This document shows, one piece after another, positions 26,941 through 36,561 of a stretch of 38,231 nucleotides of DNA; the first letter of the stretch is position 1, and the number at the start of each line of letters is the position of its first letter. The notes beneath the pieces are model-generated. The model was not told where the DNA came from. It saw only the letters and a program-made list of their open reading frames with translations, and made no database searches. This DNA comes from a bacterium. GTDB lineage: Bacteria; Babelota; Babeliae; Babelales; JAUWHS01. Made by a program: the position numbers and the translations under genes. The stretch covers positions 1-38,231 of the forward strand of contig JBDRFY010000079.1 of the NCBI GenBank assembly GCA_043818275.1, written 5' to 3'.

Positions 26941-28119
26941 ATGCTTGATAGAGCCAAATTAGCAAAACAAATTACATATTTAGCAGAGAAAATTTTTCCG
27001 GATTTTTTTCAATCGTCTGATATTGCTCAAAAAAAATGGCAACAAATTTGTAACGATCAATATTTTTTACAAAAAGTTGAGGCAGCACAAAGTTCTTTTT
27101 TGCTTCCCGGTTGGCAGGGTAATTTATCTGATACCTTTCAAATCAAAAATGATTTAACTAATTATTCAGTTTTAGCTGTTGATGGATCTCAAATTTATCC
27201 AGATCGCAATTTTTCTGGAGCATCCTGTTTTTTAATAAATAGCGGTGGTTGCTTTTTAAAATATGGCCAAAAAAGTGAGGCTAAATTTTTTAATGAACCC
27301 AAACTTTTTCTTCCGGATGATTTAAAGGATGAACGGTTTGCTTTTTCACGTGATCTTGTTGATTTAATACGAGAGGAACTTGAATTTAAAACATTATTTG
27401 AAAAGTTTTCGTTTTATAAAAAAGAATACAATTTAAAAAATGATGGATTTGTTTGTCTGATGGATGGGACAATAATTTTTTGGACTTTGGAAGGCAAGTT
27501 GCCGGAAGTTAAGCAATATTTTTTAGATAGATATTTGTATTATTTAAATCAATTTTATAAAAATAATATTTTAATTGCCAGTTTTATAAGCTTTCCTAAA
27601 AGCAAAGAGCTTGTAAATTTAATTAAAATTGGATTATGCCGTTTTGATTTAGTTGATTGCATTAAATGTCACAAAGAATTTACAGATTTTCCATGCAAAG
27701 TTGTTGATAATCTAATTGATACAAAAATTGTCAGAATGTTTTTTCCATTTGATAAAAAAAATAAATATTATCGTACGACACTTTTTTATAGTAATTCAAA
27801 AATTGTTCAAAATTATCCAGATCAATTAAAACCATGTTTTTTTTATTTAGATGTTGGAGCTGAAATTGTTCGAATTGAAGTTCCGGTTTACGTGGCGCTT
27901 GATCAAGAAAAATTAGATTTAATTTGCAAAGTTGCAATGGATCAAAGTTTAAAGGGGAATGGATATCCTGTTTGTTTAGCAGAATCGCATGCACAAGCAG
28001 TTGTAAAAAACGCCGATCGTGAATTCTTTTATCATTTAATTTATAAATTAGGAATAGAACAAAATCGACGTTTTTTTATGTCGCAAAAAAGCATTAAAAA
28101 AAGGGGAATTGGAATTTAG
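26941..28119 (+). CDS. nurA: NurA-domain nuclease
   Basis: LAVDGSQIYPDR, LMDGT, RIEVP, GYPVCLAESHAQAVV. Confidence 0.85.
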   Translation: MLDRAKLAKQITYLAEKIFPDFFQSSDIAQKKWQQICNDQYFLQKVEAAQSSFLLPGWQGNLSDTFQIKNDLTNYSVLAVDGSQIYPDRNFSGASCFLINSGGCFLKYGQKSEAKFFNEPKLFLPDDLKDERFAFSRDLVDLIREELEFKTLFEKFSFYKKEYNLKNDGFVCLMDGTIIFWTLEGKLPEVKQYFLDRYLYYLNQFYKNNILIASFISFPKSKELVNLIKIGLCRFDLVDCIKCHKEFTDFPCKVVDNLIDTKIVRMFFPFDKKNKYYRTTLFYSNSKIVQNYPDQLKPCFFYLDVGAEIVRIEVPVYVALDQEKLDLICKVAMDQSLKGNGYPVCLAESHAQAVVKNADREFFYHLIYKLGIEQNRRFFMSQKSIKKRGIGI

Positions 28120-29246
28120 ATGTTAAATCTAACGTGAATTATATCACCTTCCTGCATGATATAATCTTTGCCTTCAATTTTTAATTTACCAGCTTCTTTA
28201 ACAGCATGTTCTGTTTTAAATTTTATTAAATCATCGTAATTATAAACTTCTGCGCAAATAAAACCGCGTTGAATATCAGAGTGAATTTCTCCAGAGGCTT
28301 GATGAATTGTTTTTCCTTTTTTAATGCTCCACGCATGAGATTCTTTTGGTCCACAAGTAAAAAATGTAATTAAGTTTAAACTTTTGTATGCTTTTTTGAT
28401 TATATTGTCAAGACCACTTTCTTGAATATCTAACGATTCAAGCATTTCAACTTTTTCTTCATCATCAAGTTGCGCAAGTTCAAATTCGATTTTGGCAGAC
28501 ACCGGAATAACCTTTTCAGGGCCAAATTTATTTAATAAATCTTTGTAATACTTGTTTTCTGTATAATTTTTACCCGCGAAATCGTCTTCGGATAAATTTG
28601 CGATAATTAAAAAGTTTTTACTTGATAAAAGTGGAATAGTTTCAATTCCAACTTCTTTTTTTTCGTTAATTAATTTTTGTAATTCTTGAAAATTCCCTTT
28701 ATTTAAAAAAACTTTTGCCTGTTTTAATAATTCTTGTTCGTTTTCAAGCGTTTTTATTTCATTTGCTGAAAGTTGTTTGCTTTTTGCTTTTATTAAAGTT
28801 GCTTTTAATTTTTCTTCTCTTTTCTCCACTGATTCCAGATCTTTAAGCATTAACTCAGAAATAACTGTTTCAAAATCATCGATTGGATTTATTTCGTTGT
28901 GAACATGAGTTATATTTGGATCTTCAAAGCAACGCAAAATATGCAAAATTAAATCTACTCCCATGATGTTGGATAAAAATTGATTTCCTAATCCTTCACC
29001 CTGAGCGGCGCCTTTAACAAGTCCAGCGATATCTACAAACTGAACTGTTGTAGGTATTGTTTTTGCGGAATTAAAAATAGCGGTTAACTTTTCAAGCTTT
29101 TCATCTGGAACATTAGTGATTGCAACGTGTGGATCAACGGTACAAAATGGATAGTTTTCTGCCGGTATGCAAGATTTTGTTAATGCGTTAAAAAGAGTTG
29201 ATTTTCCAACATTTGGTAATCCTACTAATCCAGCTTTAATTCCCAT
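28116..29246 (-). CDS. ychF: Obg-family ATPase YchF
   Basis: GLVGLPNVGKSTLFNALT, NYPFCT, FVDIAGLV, GEGLGNQFL, EGKDYIMQEGD. Confidence 0.97.
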   Translation of the reverse strand: MGIKAGLVGLPNVGKSTLFNALTKSCIPAENYPFCTVDPHVAITNVPDEKLEKLTAIFNSAKTIPTTVQFVDIAGLVKGAAQGEGLGNQFLSNIMGVDLILHILRCFEDPNITHVHNEINPIDDFETVISELMLKDLESVEKREEKLKATLIKAKSKQLSANEIKTLENEQELLKQAKVFLNKGNFQELQKLINEKKEVGIETIPLLSSKNFLIIANLSEDDFAGKNYTENKYYKDLLNKFGPEKVIPVSAKIEFELAQLDDEEKVEMLESLDIQESGLDNIIKKAYKSLNLITFFTCGPKESHAWSIKKGKTIHQASGEIHSDIQRGFICAEVYNYDDLIKFKTEHAVKEAGKLKIEGKDYIMQEGDIIHVRFNI

Positions 29247-29388
29247 AAAAACCTTTCTGATACTTGTTAATAAAGCATTATTTTACCTTTTTTATCTATT
29301 TATGCAAAGTCGGTTGAGCCTATTTTTAGTTGTTTTATACTGTAATTTTAACATTTCAAACTTTTTATGCATTTGGGTAATTTAACTT

Positions 29389-30723
29389 ATGATTAAATTT
29401 TTTATTAAAACATATGGTTGTCAGGCAAATGAGGCGGATTCTGCCGCTCTTGCCAATTATTTGATTTCTCTTAATTGCAAACAGGTTTATGATAAAAATT
29501 TATCTGATCTGATTGTTATTAATACTTGCGCAATTAGGCAAAAAGCAGAGGATAAATTTTTTTCTTATTTGGGGGAGCTTGCTGAAGTTAAGAAGCGCGC
29601 AGCACATTTGAAAGTTATTGTAATTGGATGTGTTGCAACTTACAGAAAAGAAGAAATTTATAAGCGTTTTGAATATATAAATTTTGTTTTAGGCGCAAAA
29701 GAAGATTTAAATAAATTAAAGACGTACTTATTTAATTCAATTGTGGAATTAGAATCTGTAAAACAGATTTATGGACAAAATAAAAAAGAGAATAATGTCG
29801 TTTTAAATTTAGGTGGAATTAAAGACACACCAAAAGAATTTAAGCGTTCTTTGATAAATATAATGATAGGATGCAATAATTATTGCAGTTATTGCATTGT
29901 TCCGTTTACCAAAGGCAGAGAAAAAAGTTTTGCGGCAAAAGATATTTTGCTAAAAGTTAAAAGTGATTTAGAGCAGGGTGTAAAAGAAATAACTTTATTG
30001 GGACAAAATGTTAATTCATATAAAGATCCTCAATCAGGAATTAATTTTGCGCAATTATTGGATACCGTCGCAGCTGTTGAAGGTGATTTTTGGATTCGCT
30101 TTGTTAGCCCACATCCAAAAGATATGACAAAAGATGTTTTACATGTTATGGCAAAATATCCTGATAAACTTTGTGCGTTTATTCACCATCCATTGCAATC
30201 GGGTTCTGATAAAATATTGAAATCTATGAATAGAACATATACAGTTGAAAAATATTTGGAACAAATAGATTGGATAAAAACTATTTTGCCAAATGCGACA
30301 ATTTCAACCGATATTATCGTTGCTTTTCCAGGAGAAACGATAGATGATTTTGAGCAAACAATGATGGTTGTTGAAAGAGTTAAATATGATAATATTTATC
30401 CATTCATTTATTCTTCAAGAAATTACACCAAAGCATCATTACTAAACGATGATGTTTCGAGAAAAGAAAAAATTAGACGAATTGAAGTATTGATAAAAAG
30501 GCAATCGGAAATTTCATTTGAAAAAAACTCAATTAATGTAGGCAAAAATTTAAGAGTTTTGGTTGAAAAACGTGCAACAAATGGTAAGCTGCTTGCAAGA
30601 ACTCAAGGGAATATTAGAGTTTTTTTTGATGGTGATGATAAATTGATTGGTTCTTTTGTTGATGTTAAAATTGAAAAAGCAACTCCAGCAGATTTGAAAG
30701 CAGCTTTTTTGTCAACGGATTGA
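29389..30723 (+). CDS. miaB: tRNA methylthiotransferase MiaB
   Basis: TYGCQANEADS, NTCAIRQKAE, radical-SAM CNNYCSYC, SPHP, C-terminal TRAM-like domain. Confidence 0.92.
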   Translation: MIKFFIKTYGCQANEADSAALANYLISLNCKQVYDKNLSDLIVINTCAIRQKAEDKFFSYLGELAEVKKRAAHLKVIVIGCVATYRKEEIYKRFEYINFVLGAKEDLNKLKTYLFNSIVELESVKQIYGQNKKENNVVLNLGGIKDTPKEFKRSLINIMIGCNNYCSYCIVPFTKGREKSFAAKDILLKVKSDLEQGVKEITLLGQNVNSYKDPQSGINFAQLLDTVAAVEGDFWIRFVSPHPKDMTKDVLHVMAKYPDKLCAFIHHPLQSGSDKILKSMNRTYTVEKYLEQIDWIKTILPNATISTDIIVAFPGETIDDFEQTMMVVERVKYDNIYPFIYSSRNYTKASLLNDDVSRKEKIRRIEVLIKRQSEISFEKNSINVGKNLRVLVEKRATNGKLLARTQGNIRVFFDGDDKLIGSFVDVKIEKATPADLKAAFLSTD

Positions 30724-30735
30724 AATAAATAATCT

Positions 30736-30810
30736 GGCGGCATAGCCAAGTGGTAAGGCCGCGGTCTGCAAAACCGCTATGCCCCGGTTCGATTCCGGGT
30801 GCCGCCTCCA
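30736..30810 (+). tRNA. tRNA-Cys(GCA)
   Basis: GGCGGCA...GCGGT-CT-GCA-AA-ACCGC...GGTTCGATTCC...TGCCGCC-T-CCA; U73 discriminator. Confidence 0.97.
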
Positions 30811-30961
30811 ATTAAATATTTAAAAATTAGATTTTTGTATTAGTTTCTTCTTATGAATTTTCAAAGTTATTTTTTGCGGCGAAAATTGTGTTGAAGGATT
30901 GAAAAAAATCAAATTGTGCTTTATTATAGGTTCATACTTTAGAAATTATTTGAAATTTTGT

Positions 30962-31050
30962 GCCGGGGTGGCGGAATTGGTAGACGCAAGGGACTTAAAA
31001 TCCCTCGGGTATTAATACCTGTGCCGGTTCGAGTCCGGCCCTCGGCACCA
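30962..31050 (+). tRNA. tRNA-Leu(TAA)
   Basis: GCCGGGG...AGGGA-CT-TAA-AA-TCCCT, long variable arm, CCA end. Confidence 0.97.
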
Positions 31051-31202
31051 TAAGTAATTTTAGTGAAAATGTATATTTGAAATGACTTGCTTGACAAATC
31101 TGTGTGCATGAATAATGCTTCAAAGAGTGTAAAATTTTGTGTTGATTTTTGTTGTGTATTTTATATTTGCAGTCAGTATTTTTAAATGACGAGGAGTCTT
31201 AT

Positions 31203-31475
31203 ATGAACAAAGCTTCTTTGGTCGAACAAATGGCAAAAGATACAAAATTGCCTAAATCAGCTTGTAAAAGAGCCTTAGAATCTTTTATTAAAGCAGTTGA
31301 AGGCAGTTTGAAAAAAAATAAATCTGTTGTTTTAACCGGTTTTGGAACCTTTAAAGTTATGAAAAGGAAAGAAAGAATCGGAGTAAACCCAGCAACAGGT
31401 AAAAAGATGAAGATACCTGCAAGAAAAGTTCCTAAATTTAGCGCAGGAAAAGGATTAAAGGGTATGGTTAAATAA
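31203..31475 (+). CDS. hup: DNA-binding protein HU
   Basis: MNKASLV...LTGFGTF...RIGVNPATG...VPKFSAGK; GAGGAG SD before ATG31203. Confidence 0.95.
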   Translation: MNKASLVEQMAKDTKLPKSACKRALESFIKAVEGSLKKNKSVVLTGFGTFKVMKRKERIGVNPATGKKMKIPARKVPKFSAGKGLKGMVK

Positions 31476-31502
31476 TTAAACCATAACTTATTAATAAATT
31501 AA

Positions 31503-31536
31503 CGGGAAAACCAATTTGGTTTTCCCGCTTTTTTTT
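31503..31536 (+). terminator. Intrinsic terminator after HU
   Basis: CGGGAAAACCA-ATT-TGGTTTTCCCG followed by a T run. Confidence 0.88.
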
Positions 31537-31658
31537 CATTGAATTAGGATTTATTTCTTTTTTTTACGTACTTCTGGTAATAAAGTTGTTCTCTTTGCTA
31601 TTCTAAAAAACAGTAGATGGTAAATTATTAATTTTAATTAATGTTGGGAGGTAGGTTA

Positions 31659-32104
31659 ATGCAAGGTTTACCAGAAGGAGTTGCTCAGGAAGTAGCTCAA
31701 ATTCCTCAAAAGGCCGGAAATTTTTTACCACAATTATTGATTGGATAAAAACTCTTTGGGACAAAATTGATATCAAGGGCTGGGCTCAGCAAATTGGAGG
31801 TGGGTCAGCTGAAGCAGTGGAGGCTGCGATTTATTTTGGTTCCGGTTTTGCAATTGGTTTTTTGTTTAAGAAATACTTTAAGTTTGTTTTGTTAACATTG
31901 GTCGCATCTATTATTTTGATAAAGATTTTAGAATACAACATGGTTTTGGAAATTGACTGGGAAGGTATGAATGTTCTGATGGGTTTTGATTCAGCGGCAG
32001 ATTTTAACGCTATAGTTAATGATATTTTTTCCTGGATTAAAAACAATTTTATTATTTTTATTTCTTCGGTTGTTGGTTTTCTGGTTGGTTATAAATTAGG
32101 TTGA
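31659..32104 (+). pseudogene. FUN14-like membrane protein split by a -1 frameshift at 31721-31727
   Basis: GGGAGG SD and ATG31659; frame 0 stops at 31746-31748; the -1 frame continues into GFAIGFLFKK...IEIDW-like...GFLVGYKLG. Confidence 0.7.
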
Positions 32105-32113
32105 TGAAGGACC

Positions 32114-33361
32114 ATGGGGGGACATAAATTTGATGAAGCTTCAACGTATCAGCTTTTCAATAAAGATCAAAAATTAAAAGATGAAAATGGACAAGATTTA
32201 GTTATTGATTTAGTTGATGATATTTTATGGTCAGCGATTAAAATTGGTGCTTCAGATATTCATTTAGAACCAAATGAAAAAAATCTTCGTGTTCGTTTTA
32301 GAATCGATGGTGTTTTGTACGATCAAAATCCTATGGATGTCAACAAAGCATCAAATATTATTTCACGCTTAAAAGTTTTATCATCGTTAGATATTGCGGA
32401 AAAAAGAGTTCCTCAGGATGGAAAAGTTAAACTTATTTTTAAAAATGGCGCGGCAAAAGAAAAAATTATAGATTTACGAATATCAACATTTCCATCTATT
32501 CTTGGTGAAAAAATAGTTATTCGTATTCTTGATAAGTCTCAAAATTTTATTGATTTAAATTCTCTTGGTTTTAGAAAAAATGTTTTGGATGATATTAAAA
32601 ATATCATTGATCGGCCAAATGGTTTTATTTTGGTAACAGGACCAACAGGTTCTGGAAAAACAACAACCCTTTATGCTGTGTTATCAATATTAAACAAACC
32701 TGATAAAAACATAATCACAATGGAAGATCCGGTTGAATATAATATTGAAGGAGTAACGCAAAGTCAGATTAACCCAAAGGCCGGTTTTTCTTTTGATAAT
32801 GGTCTACGTTCCATTTTGCGTCAGGATCCTGATGTTATAATGGTTGGGGAAATTAGGGATAAACCAACATGCCGTATTGCTATTGAAGCTTCATTAACGG
32901 GTCATTTAGTTTTAAGCACTTTGCATACAAATGATGCGGCAGGTGCGGTAACACGTCTTTTAGATATGGGAATTGAATCATTTTTAATAAACGGTTCACT
33001 TTCTGCGGTACTTGCTCAAAGATTAGCCCGTAAGCTTTGTGATCACTGTAAGTATGAAGTTGAATTGGAAAAAGATGGGCAAGAAATTTTAGCTTCAAAA
33101 AATATTAAGTTAAAACGTTTGTTCAGATCCAAGGGTTGTAAAAAATGTTTTGATTTGGGTTATAAAGGTCGAATGGGAATTTTTGAACTTTTAATCATTG
33201 ATGATGCGATTCGCGAGTTAATTTCACTTAAACAAGGTACGGAAAAAATTTATGAACAGGCATTAAAAAATGGCATGATAACTTTATATCAGGATGGTCT
33301 GGATAAAGTTGAACAAGGTTTGATTTCATTAGATGAATTTTTAAGAGTTATAACAGATTAA
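32114..33361 (+). CDS. GspE/PilB-family secretion or pilus ATPase
   Basis: ASDIHLEP, RFRIDGVL, GPTGSGKTTTLY, EDPVE, LRQDPD, GHLVLSTLHTN, two CxxC motifs. Confidence 0.93.
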   Translation: MGGHKFDEASTYQLFNKDQKLKDENGQDLVIDLVDDILWSAIKIGASDIHLEPNEKNLRVRFRIDGVLYDQNPMDVNKASNIISRLKVLSSLDIAEKRVPQDGKVKLIFKNGAAKEKIIDLRISTFPSILGEKIVIRILDKSQNFIDLNSLGFRKNVLDDIKNIIDRPNGFILVTGPTGSGKTTTLYAVLSILNKPDKNIITMEDPVEYNIEGVTQSQINPKAGFSFDNGLRSILRQDPDVIMVGEIRDKPTCRIAIEASLTGHLVLSTLHTNDAAGAVTRLLDMGIESFLINGSLSAVLAQRLARKLCDHCKYEVELEKDGQEILASKNIKLKRLFRSKGCKKCFDLGYKGRMGIFELLIIDDAIRELISLKQGTEKIYEQALKNGMITLYQDGLDKVEQGLISLDEFLRVITD

Positions 33362-33363
33362 TT

Positions 33364-33394
33364 AAATGGCCACAAAAATTTTGTGGCCATTTTT
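33364..33394. terminator. Bidirectional intrinsic terminator
   Basis: AAATGGCCACAAA...TTTGTGGCCATTT inverted repeat between convergent stops. Confidence 0.85.
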
Positions 33395-33398
33395 AATT

Positions 33399-34685
33399 TT
33401 AACAGCCTAAATCTAGTTCTTGTAAATTTTGCTCGAAATAAAAATGTAAATTTTCAGGTAATTTTTTGTAATCGATAGTATTTGTAATTTCTGAAAAATC
33501 CCCAGCGCAAAATGTATCCCAAAATAAAACTGTTTTGTTTCTTAATTCATTTTTATTTTTGCTTACTTCATCAATTAAAGCGGAAAATGCTTTTCCTGAA
33601 TATGTGCCATCAAGTTTTATGTCTTCTGTTTCGTCTAATATTTTTATAGCATCATGAGCTTGTTGAGTTATTTGTGCATACTCATTTCCAGCAAAATCAT
33701 TATTTATTAAAACATCTTCAGGGAATTTTATAATTGGACAATCTGGATCTAAATCGTTTAGAAATTTACTTGTCTCATTAAACAATTCAATAAGTCTTTC
33801 AAGCTTTTCTTCTGCTGTGGAACTTACTCTTACAGGTATTATTTTGCTTTTTAAACCTGCGAGTTTTACTCCTAAAATTAAACCAGCAGCAGTTCCGCAA
33901 CTACCAAGTGTTACATAAATAAAGTCTGGTTCAGGGATCAGTTTTGCTTCAATTTGTTCTTTTAATTCAAATACTGCGTTTATAAAACCAATTACGCCTA
34001 ATGGAGTAGATCCACCTGCCGCGATGAAATATGGAGGAACTTTTTCCTTTTCAGATCGTTCGTCATAAAATTTTTCAATATCTACATCTCTGGCATCGGA
34101 TTCTTCATAGTAATTAATTTGAGCTTTGTGATAATGGCTTAAAAGCAAATTTCGTTGTAGATATTTTGTATTTAATTGGGGTGTTAGCATTACAATAGAA
34201 TTTAAAGCTAATTTTTCACAACATGTTGCTGTTGCAAGGGTGTGATTTGATCCTGCAGCGCCTACTGTAATTATTGTTTTAACGTTATTATCTAATGCAT
34301 CAGCCAAAAGAAATTCCAGTTTTCTTATTTTATTTCCACCAAAAGGATTGCGACTAATTCCATCATCTTTTAAGTACAAATTTTGCAATCCAAGTTCTTT
34401 GCCTAAATTTTCAAGCTTTTCAATTGGTGTTGGAAATTCACCAAGTTTAATAAAAGATAATTTATTAGTTAAATTTGGAAATGCTTTAAAAAGAGGAATA
34501 TCTTTTTTTCCCTCAGATATAGCAAGATTTTTTTCTGTTAATGGTTTTGTCCAGGAATTAAGAATAGAGGTAATATTATAAGTGTCTTGTCCGATAATTT
34601 CTGTTCTAAGTGGTGCTGAAATTAATTGTTGTGAAAGAAATAGTATTTGAGTGAACATCAAAAAAGAAAATATTCTTTTTTTCAT
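33399..34685 (-). CDS. PLP-dependent D-cysteine desulfhydrase / ACC deaminase-family enzyme with signal peptide
   Basis: PTPIEKL, GGNKIRKLEFLL, GSNH, GSCGTAAGL, LDGTYSGK. Confidence 0.88.
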   Translation of the reverse strand: MKKRIFSFLMFTQILFLSQQLISAPLRTEIIGQDTYNITSILNSWTKPLTEKNLAISEGKKDIPLFKAFPNLTNKLSFIKLGEFPTPIEKLENLGKELGLQNLYLKDDGISRNPFGGNKIRKLEFLLADALDNNVKTIITVGAAGSNHTLATATCCEKLALNSIVMLTPQLNTKYLQRNLLLSHYHKAQINYYEESDARDVDIEKFYDERSEKEKVPPYFIAAGGSTPLGVIGFINAVFELKEQIEAKLIPEPDFIYVTLGSCGTAAGLILGVKLAGLKSKIIPVRVSSTAEEKLERLIELFNETSKFLNDLDPDCPIIKFPEDVLINNDFAGNEYAQITQQAHDAIKILDETEDIKLDGTYSGKAFSALIDEVSKNKNELRNKTVLFWDTFCAGDFSEITNTIDYKKLPENLHFYFEQNLQELDLGC

Positions 34686-34715
34686 TACTATTTCTCCTAT
34701 AAAAAGGTTAAAAAA

Positions 34716-35801
34716 TTAAAAATTATTTTCTAACTCTTTATTCCTTAATTCCAGAATTATTTCTTTAGAATTTAAAAACGAACCAAAATAAATTAAAAAA
34801 TTGTTTATTTTGCACCTGTCTTTACCAGATTCAATTTTATTAATTATTTTTCCTAAATAATCGATTGCTGAAATTATTCGAACATTTTTATCAGAATTAT
34901 CTCCTCCGGATGACTCAATTAATAAATTATCTCCAAGATACATCATTACATGGACGACTCTTGTTTTACCGCTCAAACGTCTCAACAAGGTTTGATCATC
35001 GAATAAAAAAACTAAGTCTCCAGGTTTTAAATCTGATCCAGTTTTTATTTTATTTGATTTTTCCCATTGAGAGGGTGAATTTTTTGGAATTTGAAATCCG
35101 CAACTTCTAAAAACTAAATTGATAAAATCAGAACAATCAACACCAGTTATTTGATTATTTAAATCTTTTTTGTAAGGACTTCTTCCGCCAAAAACATATG
35201 GGCAATTTAAAAATAACATTGCTGATAAAGTTATGTTATTTCGTAATTCATCTTCTGTTTCTTGAATTTTATTTGTTATTTCGTAGATATCATTAGCTTG
35301 AATATAACCATTTTTATTTTCAGGCAATTTAATTTTCCACCAATTTTCATTAACTTTTTCACCTTCAAATTTTGTTCCAATGCAGATCGATAAAGTTTTG
35401 TTTGAATTTATATCTGGTTGTTCAAAAATATTTGTCCATAAAACTTGTGTAACTAAATTAAATTTTGGAAATTCTTCAACCTCGATTGCTTGATTTTTTT
35501 CTATAAATCCTGGGCAAGGTATAAAATTATTTTCGGAATTTTTAATTTCTTGTTCAATTGCTTCAACATTAAGCCAACTAGGATTTTCTGTTGATTCTTC
35601 GGCTAATATGCATTCGTTAAATAATAATTGAGAAAGCTGTCCATTCATATCTTTTAATAAGGCAGGAGGCGTTAAACTAGGATCAACTTTAACGGTCTTT
35701 GATCTTAAATCTGCAACTGGAACAGAAACAATCATTTTTTGAAGTTCTGAATATAAATTAAGATTTATTAGTAAGATAAAAATAAAATAAAGTTTTTTCA
35801 T
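34716..35801 (-). CDS. SH3b-NlpC/P60 peptidoglycan or muropeptide peptidase
   Basis: Signal peptide, SQLLFNE, PYVFGG, GVDCS, PGDLVF, HVMMY. Confidence 0.9.
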   Translation of the reverse strand: MKKLYFIFILLINLNLYSELQKMIVSVPVADLRSKTVKVDPSLTPPALLKDMNGQLSQLLFNECILAEESTENPSWLNVEAIEQEIKNSENNFIPCPGFIEKNQAIEVEEFPKFNLVTQVLWTNIFEQPDINSNKTLSICIGTKFEGEKVNENWWKIKLPENKNGYIQANDIYEITNKIQETEDELRNNITLSAMLFLNCPYVFGGRSPYKKDLNNQITGVDCSDFINLVFRSCGFQIPKNSPSQWEKSNKIKTGSDLKPGDLVFLFDDQTLLRRLSGKTRVVHVMMYLGDNLLIESSGGDNSDKNVRIISAIDYLGKIINKIESGKDRCKINNFLIYFGSFLNSKEIILELRNKELENNF

Positions 35802-35885
35802 TTTTTCAGCTAAGATTTTTTAGAAAAACATATATTTAACCATCGAATAAAAGCATATCAGAAAGAGCTTTTCTTGCAAAAGTCG

Positions 35886-36461
35886 TTAGTTTTTAAAATT
35901 TTTAATGAATTGCTTTTTTGCCGGATGGAACCATTTAAGATATCCATATTTTAAGGAAAGTTGTTTTAAAGCTTGTGTCTTTTCTTTTTTTTGTTGATTT
36001 AAGACCCACAAAGCTGCTGCTTCACCGCTTCGGTCAACTCCTGAACGACAATGAATTAAAATTGGTTTAGGCGCATTTTGATAAATGTTTAAAAGCTTTT
36101 TTATTTGTTTAGGTGTTGGATTTAAGTTTGAATTCATTGATATGTTAAATAAACATATATTATTTTCATCCGTGATGTTTTTTTCTTGTTGCCACCAATC
36201 TTTATCTTCATTTTTTCCGCGCAGATTTACGATTGTTTTAATTCCGAGTTTTTTAATGTAACGATTTAAGTTTTTAGAAGATAATTGTTTTGATCTGTAT
36301 AATTTTCCAGATTCTACCGCGTGGAAATTATCGAATAATTTTCTGCAAGTACTAAGATGAATTTTTTTGTTCAAATTTTGCGCGAAAAGAGTTCGATTAA
36401 AAAATAAAAACATTGCCATGCTTAATAAAAAGCATGGCAATATCTTGCCCCTAAATTTCAT
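35886..36461 (-). CDS. Secreted protein-tyrosine / dual-specificity phosphatase-family protein
   Basis: NFHAV..GKLYRSKQ, IVNLRG, P-loop IHCRSGVDRSG; GAGGGGG SD before ATG36461; signal peptide. Confidence 0.88.
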   Translation of the reverse strand: MKFRGKILPCFLLSMAMFLFFNRTLFAQNLNKKIHLSTCRKLFDNFHAVESGKLYRSKQLSSKNLNRYIKKLGIKTIVNLRGKNEDKDWWQQEKNITDENNICLFNISMNSNLNPTPKQIKKLLNIYQNAPKPILIHCRSGVDRSGEAAALWVLNQQKKEKTQALKQLSLKYGYLKWFHPAKKQFIKNFKN

Positions 36462-36561
36462 GTTCGCCCCCTCAACCCTCACATTTAATCATATGTGAAT
36501 TAGTTGCTTAGAGGCAATTTTTTTTTAAATTGAACCGTTTAAGTTTTATTAACCGGTAATT

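Noticed and set aside
31091..31116. TTGACA promoter upstream of HU
   Set aside because: Perfect -35, but the best -10 (AATAAT) is only 14 nt away; not called.
31149..31202. N-terminal extension on HU
   Set aside because: GAGGAG precedes ATG31203, which gives a canonical 90-aa HU.
33399..34685. True ACC deaminase (acdS)
   Set aside because: It has YSGK and WDT where ACC deaminases have YEGK and HLG.
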